The position numbers and the translations under genes were made by a program. A stretch of DNA of 64,000 nt from Aplysia californica (Eukaryota), in NCBI RefSeq assembly GCF_000002075.1, contig NW_004797380.1, forward strand, positions 188,355 through 252,354, written 5' to 3'. This document shows, one piece after another, positions 56,646 through 64,000 of this stretch (positions within the stretch are counted from its first letter, which is position 1; each line of letters starts with the position of its first letter). The notes beneath the pieces are model-generated. The model searched no databases, was not told the origin of the DNA, and saw only the letters and a program-made list of their open reading frames with translations.

Positions 56646-59600
56646 CTGACAAGAGAGATATAAACGCACACCTGCTTTATTCTGGTGTATTAATCTATAA
56701 ACAGGGATACCACTCAACAGTTTTGAAAATAGCTGAAAATCCACGCGCCACGGTCTCGCTAACAAATAAATATCAATTTGAAACCCAAAGGGTGTACACA
56801 GATAGAAATGACAAACAAATATAAGCAATGGGTGTACCTAGAGAGAAATGAAAAACAAACAAAAACAATGAGTGTACATAGAAAGAAATGACGCAAGTTG
56901 TGCGTGTGTGGGTTGTTTTTTTTCAAACTATAGAATCTATCTCGATCTCAATAACGAAATAGCGGATCAGGATCAAAATACCGGAAAAAAGCGGAAAAGT
57001 GACATCACTGTATAAAGCATTCTTTACACATTTTTCCTTTTCATTTTATAGCTGTCTGTGGAATATAATCAGTCCTCTGTTATATCAACAAACAGTAAAA
57101 TTACCCTGAGGGCAGGAGAGTCATTTCACAACTTCTGTCGAAGCATCTTTTCTCCGTTTTTGCTTTAGCCATTGTCAACTTCTTTCGGTCTGATCTTCCA
57201 ACTCGGTGTCTCGTCTGAGAAAACACAAACCCCCTCACACCCCCATCACGGAGACTCCTTTCAAAACAACGTGTTGAGTCAAGTGCAATGTTGAATATAT
57301 GTCTGAAAAAAGAAACTACCTTTTATTTCCCTCAGTTTTAGAAACTGGCAATGAAGAAAAGAACTCCCCAAGAATTTGCAGCACAACCAAAACTTTTAAA
57401 GAACACAGTAAATCCATCACATAATGAATTCAAAGTATTCAAATTCAAAATATAACAGCCTTCAACATTTTGTAATAAATGTGACAGCTCACCTGTTGTC
57501 ATTGATGCGATAGAAGACTCCATAGCCATCCTTGCACATTGGCAGCACACCGCCAAGGACAGATGTATAACCAATGCAAGATGTGGAAAGGACATAGTTG
57601 CCTCCTCCGCCACTAGAAACAGAAAAACAGTTCACAGTGCGATAGGACAATAAAATCTAGAGTAAATTCACATGCCTCATATAACAATACTTAGTTTAAC
57701 TGAAGCTTAAGTCTGAAAAGTAGACTAGACACTGAAATCTATCCATGAACTAAGATACAGGGTGATCCAAAAAAAATCTACAACTTTTTTTCTGAATATT
57801 TCGCACAAAATTTGTACTAGAAAGTTGTAATTTGGAACAGATATAATGCATTCAAAAAGAATTTGTTGACATAAAATTCACAAAGAAAAAACTTATTTTC
57901 AAAAACGAAAATGGCTTTTATAAAAAACACCTATAAATGCAAAATGCACCAATTTAAAAAAGATCTTATAAGGAAAGTCATGAAATGATTGGTTTGTTAT
58001 TTCCTTTCCTTTAATTTTTAAAATCTAATCTTTCCATCCCAGTCACCTTTAAACAATATTTCTTTTCTCCTACAGAGTTAAAAAACATATTTTTAAAATT
58101 CCAGAATTTCGAGAACCATTGGTCTATATCTGTCTCGCCCGCTCAATATCAGTCGAGTGACGCAGTGTGCTATTATCAGCTATGAGGCTCGATAAACAAA
58201 AAAGTGACTTTGCGTGAAATTTTTGTTTCTTTGGATCTATTGAAAGTCTTTATTTAAGATAAAAATAAACAACTACAATCGACTATAAATATTTTATTTT
58301 GACTTATTTTGGAGGAGTGTGTGGTTTATTGTGAGCTTGGGTGACCAGACAAAGGAATTTAGACCTTGACAGTGTGTAGCTGTGAGATTATTTACAGAAC
58401 CATTACCTCAAGGCCACCTTTGCTACAACGTTCTTCATTCGCAACTATTTTTAGACTTTGACCTCTTTGCGAGCATGAATGGTCTGAAATGTAAACAGCT
58501 TGTTGTCACTATGCACAACAGATTAAACGAGGTAAGAACGGTAACTTCTAGCTCACTTCAAGCTTGTTTACGTAAACAGCACATGACTGTGTGCACGTAC
58601 CCTGCTAGCTGTTATTGTCTGTTCATCTTTTAGTTTTACACTTGGATTGACTTTAAAAATTCGTTTTTATTGAGTTTTAGTGCTTTTAAAAGATTAATTA
58701 TAACCTTCCTCTACATCTCTCAAAGTGGACTCCTTACCAAGAGGCCACTGAGGTGGTCTATGTGCATGTGTGCATGCGTATGTGTGTGGGTGTGTTTGTA
58801 TGTGTGTGTATGTGCGCGCGTGTGAGAGTGTGTGTGTGTGTGCATGTGTGTGTGTGTGCATGTGTGTGTGAGGGTTTGTGTGTGTGTGTGTGTGTGGTTA
58901 TGGTGTTTTAGTTTAATAGAAGTTTTACGGCGCTTGCAACTGCATACGGTCATATGAGCGCCAAGGGGTGAATGTCACCAGAGAAGTCCTTACAAGGAAT
59001 CAGACTTACTCTGCTCACCTCTCTAGCTTCAACAGCACAAAGTCTGCTTCGACTATCAAGGCACCCCAGAAGTAGTGGGTCAGAAGAGTGTGACAAACAT
59101 ACAAAAGAAGTAGAAGAAAAATGACAATAGTAAGGATTAGGAAAGAAAAAGCAGCAGTTCCCTGTTGTAGATCCGGCACAGTTATGAGCGTGACATTGAT
59201 GAATCAGCCCATTTTCAATTCTACTGTGCATGAACAAGAAATGTCCCCCCTTTGGGAATGACCCAAAGACACTTCAGTCAGTGGCACCACCCCAGGGGGT
59301 GTGATTATGGTGCTATTGGTAACGTATAAAAAGGTAGCGTGAACACGACATGTAAGCTTGAATTTAAAAAACAATGAACATCCAACTCACCTCTTGGCAA
59401 ATGATGGATCCATGAATATCATGGGAATGTCTCTGCCTTCCTCTCTTGCAACCAAATACAGGCCCAACATGTGACGGTCAATACCTAAAGAAAAGAAATG
59501 AAAATTTCATAACAAATTAATACCTTTTTTCTTAACTACAAAAAACTCATAAGCGAAAGAACTCAACATAAATGAGACATTTAACAAATCTTTTTTTTTT

Positions 59601-62562
59601 CATTTTATCACAGAACTTATTTAAGATTCAACGCACATCGTTATACACTTAGAAATGAAAAATAACTTATCACACTCACACTGCATATCAGCCCATGCCA
59701 TACACACAATATCTCAAAGTCTGAACAAAAGTTAAATAAAAATGTATGAAAGGCCTATGATAAGATCAATTCATTTCCAAAAATTCTAAAGTATAAAATC
59801 GGACAAAACTATTAACACGGATAAGGGGAATAGGACTCTTGAGCAGTCATCTAGTGGTAAAATAATTCTCTCCAAAATCATTTCCATGGGAAAAAAGCAA
59901 GCCTCGCCTTTAGAATGACAACGTTCTAACTTCAGTTTTAGTGAGAATTGAGATTATACATATTACTCACATAGATGTGTCACAGGCTCCAGACAATCTC
60001 AGTTTGACACTTAACAATATTCTGTTTGAATATTTTAGCTGTAAGAGTTATATTCTTTTTCTCAAAACTATGCGTCATGGGGTTAGAACCCTGTCTTTTT
60101 AAAGGGGCAAATTGTTAAGGCCATCTGCGGGTGAGATTTTCCCCATTTTTACCCAATCTGACCATGCATTATTTCCCCTCAATTTTTGAAACCTACATCC
60201 ATTTCCTTCAAAGTTTCGAGCACCTGCTTCAATCAATTATGTTTAGAAGTCATTTAAAAATGTAATTTAAAAAAATATTTTACAATTTTGCGTCATGTTT
60301 TTTAATATTTTCTTCATTATTTTCAAATATTTATTTTTTCGACTTTAAACTACATCTTCTCCTTTATTTTTCATCCGAATGGCTTCATTATTTTATACAA
60401 CGTACATCCATAGCTGACCTGTACTGAAATAGAACCCTTTTTAAAGATAATAAAAGAATAAAATTAGAATCAGTGATTTTGTTGGGAATTTTGAGATTTT
60501 TTTGCTATTTATCTATGTACATATTCCCAAAGTTCATAAATATTTTCCTAATCGTAATATTACAAATCGGCATTATTTGTTCATTACATATTATGTGTTG
60601 TAGTTTGCACTTGCTAAAAATGAAAGCCAACAGACGAAAACTAAGAGAGAAGATAGCTTTTGAAATTTGATGAAATTATCCGATATGGCGGATGTTTGCT
60701 TGATAACCATGATTACCATGTGCTTATAATAATAAATAATTACTTGAATTTATTCTTTGATGTCTCACTAATATGAATATATCATCGTTGCTATATATAG
60801 TCAAGGGGTATGGACCTTAGATATTTCACCAGCAGATGGCCTTTAAAGGGTTTATCTTTCAAATCTCACTTAAGTTCTGGAGGCAAAAACAAATAACTTG
60901 ATCGGTCCTGTCTTGAATGACTCTCTGCCGATGTTTGCTGTACTTGCTGAGGTCTATGTAAGTCAATTATTCACTCTTAAATATGCCACACAACTATGGA
61001 CACCTTCTATTCTTTAATGAATTTATCCTTGTAACCAGCTACAATTCAAATCTCAAGGCTATTCCAACAGGATTGGATTAACAAATTTTTAAGAAAAAGA
61101 AATTCCACATTTTAATAAATTCAAGCTATTTTTTAAAATATTTCATATCACTTTCCAGTCCCACGTGGTCCGTTTGCCTAAATAAGTGCAAATATTCGTT
61201 GAATATAACTTATCACCACCTAAAAGATGAGCTATCCAATAGCTGACTGACCAGACTGAACTAAAGCTGCCTTTTCATGTTTGGGTTTTTTTCTAAAAAT
61301 GTTTTTTTTTAAATCGCTGCACTTGATTTGGATGAACTTTAGTTCTAACGCACATGAAATGAACAAAGAATGACTTTACTTCTTTTTCAGCTAGTGCTAG
61401 GAAAATACAGATTAGAATTGCAGAAAGATGGACAGTTTGGTTTGGAGGCCAGTACTCCCATTCCCGGTCTTAAGTCACTAAACATGGAGACATCATAATG
61501 TCATACCTCTTCCTTCACAAGCTTCAGCCATTTCATAATTATGCTTGGCCACTGCATTTGCAAACAGCTTGAGCTTCTGTGAGACCTATGAAAGGGAAAC
61601 ACCAACAATCACATAAATACAAAATGCATTGTCTTGCAAAAAAAACTCAAAACCAAGCCTTAAAAAAATTAACTTTTCCTTTGTACCACTATAAATATTT
61701 TATACACCATCACTGGGAAAAGCTGAAGTCACAGAGTTCAGTTGTAGTTTGCAATAAGCTAGCACAATAATGGCCACATTTCACTGATAAGGAAAAGAAA
61801 CAAAAACCAAAAGAGAAGAGGAAGGAGCAAACCACATCCAATCACCCATCAACCACCCACGGAGAGGGTTTCATTCTTCAGCTAGGTTCCTTTGAGGTTT
61901 GAACAAAGACTACCAGCTTGACACTCAGTAGTATACCAGACGGAGTGAAAATAACATAAATGTTGACATCACAAACCAAGACAGGGACATAAACCTGTAG
62001 TACAAGGGACAAAAAGTTGAAACTTTCAAGAGAAAAAGCACTTTTATTGAACAACATTCATGACCAACAAATTATTTGCTTAACATAAAATAAGCTTGAA
62101 AAAGCAAAAAGACAAATTTATAGCAAGTGAATTATTTTACTTATCCAAACAAAATAAGACTTAAAATCTAAGTAACCCCACTACTTACTCTTTAGTTACC
62201 AATAAAAGGCCTGTACCGAGACATTAAGGAGTAATATAATTTTCCCTCTTAAGCCAACTGCCTCAAAGTTGTTCTAAAGAATAAGAGGCTTGTCAAAATA
62301 TCCTACCACAAAAATGAACTTGGTGTCAGTCAGAATAATGCTTACTTGCCCCTGATCTAACAAAAAACAATACATTCTAAAAGAAATAACAATTTTGAGA
62401 GAAAGCAGTAAAACAACCCCTGTAAAAAAAAAACCTACCTGGATGCTGGGATCCACCATGGCCTCACACCAGAGTTTAACTGCATCTGTGCATGATCTCA
62501 AAGTCTCAGTCCTGCCACGGTAGAACTGTTTGGTAGGAGCTGTTTCATATGCTGGGGCCATC
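56507..62562 (-). CDS. CROT: Peroxisomal carnitine O-octanoyltransferase, last five exons (5'-partial)
   Basis: complement join(62439-62562,61507-61585,59391-59484,57493-57612,56507-56645). Open frame with [42 protein letters not shown] (the GGGG stretch is typical of CROT), GYGVFY, and C-terminal PTS1 ARL. Confidence 0.92.
57493..57612 (-). CDS. CROT: CROT exon ([39 protein letters not shown])
   Basis: ttctag/gtgag on - strand; STS motif. Confidence 0.93.
58760..58896. repeat. Imperfect (GT)n microsatellite
   Basis: Seen directly in the sequence. Confidence 0.85.
59391..59484 (-). CDS. CROT: CROT exon ([30 protein letters not shown])
   Basis: ctttag/gtgag on - strand; GxDRHxxGL motif. Confidence 0.92.
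60119..60841. mobile_element. Kolobok-like non-autonomous element
   Basis: TIR GGCCATCTGC(G/T)GGTGA flanked by TTAA / TTTAA. Confidence 0.75.
61507..61585 (-). CDS. CROT: CROT exon ([26 protein letters not shown])
   Basis: ttcatag/gtatg on - strand. Confidence 0.88.
62439..62562 (-). CDS. CROT: CROT exon ([41 protein letters not shown])
   Basis: tttcaag/gtagg on - strand; carnitine acyltransferase YE..T..F..GRTE motif. Confidence 0.92.
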
Positions 62563-63117
62563 CTTGAAATACAAACGATAGGCAAATAATACGCACAGTA
62601 TCTTGAATTTCTTTCGTCTTGTAAAACAAAAAACACCAATCAAGTATATAAAATCCTTTAAACTGAAATAACAAAAGAGTATTTAACATCAAAGACATTC
62701 TTTCACAAAAATACTTTCAACATACTGAAGTTTCAAGATTGTTAAAGGCAAGAAGTGAGATAAATTGCACTGAAAGGAGAGGGGAAGAAGGAAGGGGAAG
62801 GAGGACCTTTGGAAATATTCTGTGATTCATGGTTCATAATTTGTTCCTTTAGGCTTTGTTGCAATAATTTGATTAAGATATCATTGCTCTACCATGTCTC
62901 AACTCCTAATCAGGATTTTAAAGGACTAAATCATCAGCTATGTTATCTATATAAATATCATAAAACAAAACAAGACTCAGGGCAACCATGCAATAAGCAG
63001 AATCCAGATAAGAGGAAAAAGATATTAAATTACATATTAAAAATCTAGATACAAATATTGATTTAAAGTAGAAACATGTAGTCCATAATATAATTAAATA
63101 CAGTGTAGTCCGCTTAA

Positions 63118-64000
63118 CTCACTTGCGACTGGGCCCTTTCACCAGCCACAAGCGTTGAAGACTGGCGTTTTGGGGGGTATTTCAATAAATCACCACAACT
63201 CTCAGAATTACCCTATTGTAATCATTTTTTGACACAGTAAAGTAACATTCAAGCTTAATCTAATACAAAAAACTAAAGTTGTCTAAGTCTAATACTTTAA
63301 TTTGTATGATTTTTTAAAAATTGGCATGAATTTGATTTTCGAAAAATTTCCAGAGACGTGACAAGTAGAAGGAAATTCACTGCAACAACAAAAATAAAAG
63401 TTCAAAGTGTTCTGGTTTGATTTGTATACATGTGCAAGTGTTTGGTGAAAATATAAAAGCTGGTCTGTGCATTGATTCAGACCCATACACTGAATTACAT
63501 GAGACAGATGTACGGCACCAAGTTGTGATTTCGTTGCGCGAAAAACAACACCGGTACTAGTGCTAGATCTAGCCCTAGAACTACGACTCGGGCCGTGTTC
63601 GGGTACATATCCAGGATCCTAACTATTAGACACATCATATTCTGAGACACTAGAACTAGTAAAACGCACAGAAGTATAGAAAACGGCGAAATTATGTGAT
63701 TCTTGTTCATGCGACTTCTTCGACCGTTACTACGACGCGACTGTCGGATTACTATGAGCTGTATAGAAAAAAACAAAGAGCGAGTTCCGGTCTGTTCAAC
63801 CCCAGTTGGGGTCACTGTCCTTCACCTTCAATAACTTAAAAACTACCGGCCCCAGAGATACGAAACGAAGTCTAAGTAGCTCAGGCTTGGCCAAACAAGG
63901 GTACGAGGCGGGTCTCGCGATCCGTGCGTGATTTGTAGAGCGAAAAAAAAATTCAAAAGTTGGTCACGCAGGGCTTGTGAGACCCGACGCGAGCGTCATG
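63118..64000 (-). mobile_element. Second, inverted copy of the 23155-24771 element, lacking the nested MITE; runs off the window end
   Basis: TTAA at 63114-63117 then CTCACTT; continuous reverse-complement homology to 23200-23941 and 24646-24771. Confidence 0.88.

Overview
AT-rich, intron-rich animal genomic DNA, probably an invertebrate such as a mollusc or other lophotrochozoan (taxon is an inference only). I reconstructed three spliced genes by hand from GT-AG sites and open frames. (1) SLC30A5/ZnT5 zinc transporter, + strand: 15 coding exons at 5615-24999, with the first coding exon not found in the window. (2) DCTN3 (dynactin p24), + strand: complete 183-aa CDS in 7 exons at 35522-48623, with a U12-type last intron and a candidate 21-nt in-frame micro-exon. 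(3) The last five exons of peroxisomal carnitine O-octanoyltransferase (CROT), - strand, 56507-62562, ending in the PTS1 signal ARL and convergent with DCTN3. Introns and flanks are dense with mobile DNA: a 5'-truncated but uninterrupted RNase H-bearing LINE, a decayed Tc1, tRNA-derived SINEs, RTE fragments, and many non-autonomous TIR elements (TTAA piggyBac/Kolobok-like, AWWT Sola1-like, hAT-like with a 6-bp TSD), several nested. Most ORFs in the supplied track are spurious. I found no clearly new multi-gene system. The best leads are the DCTN3 micro-exon, the synonymously diverged His-rich repeat in ZnT5, the minor intron and the nested transposon architectures.
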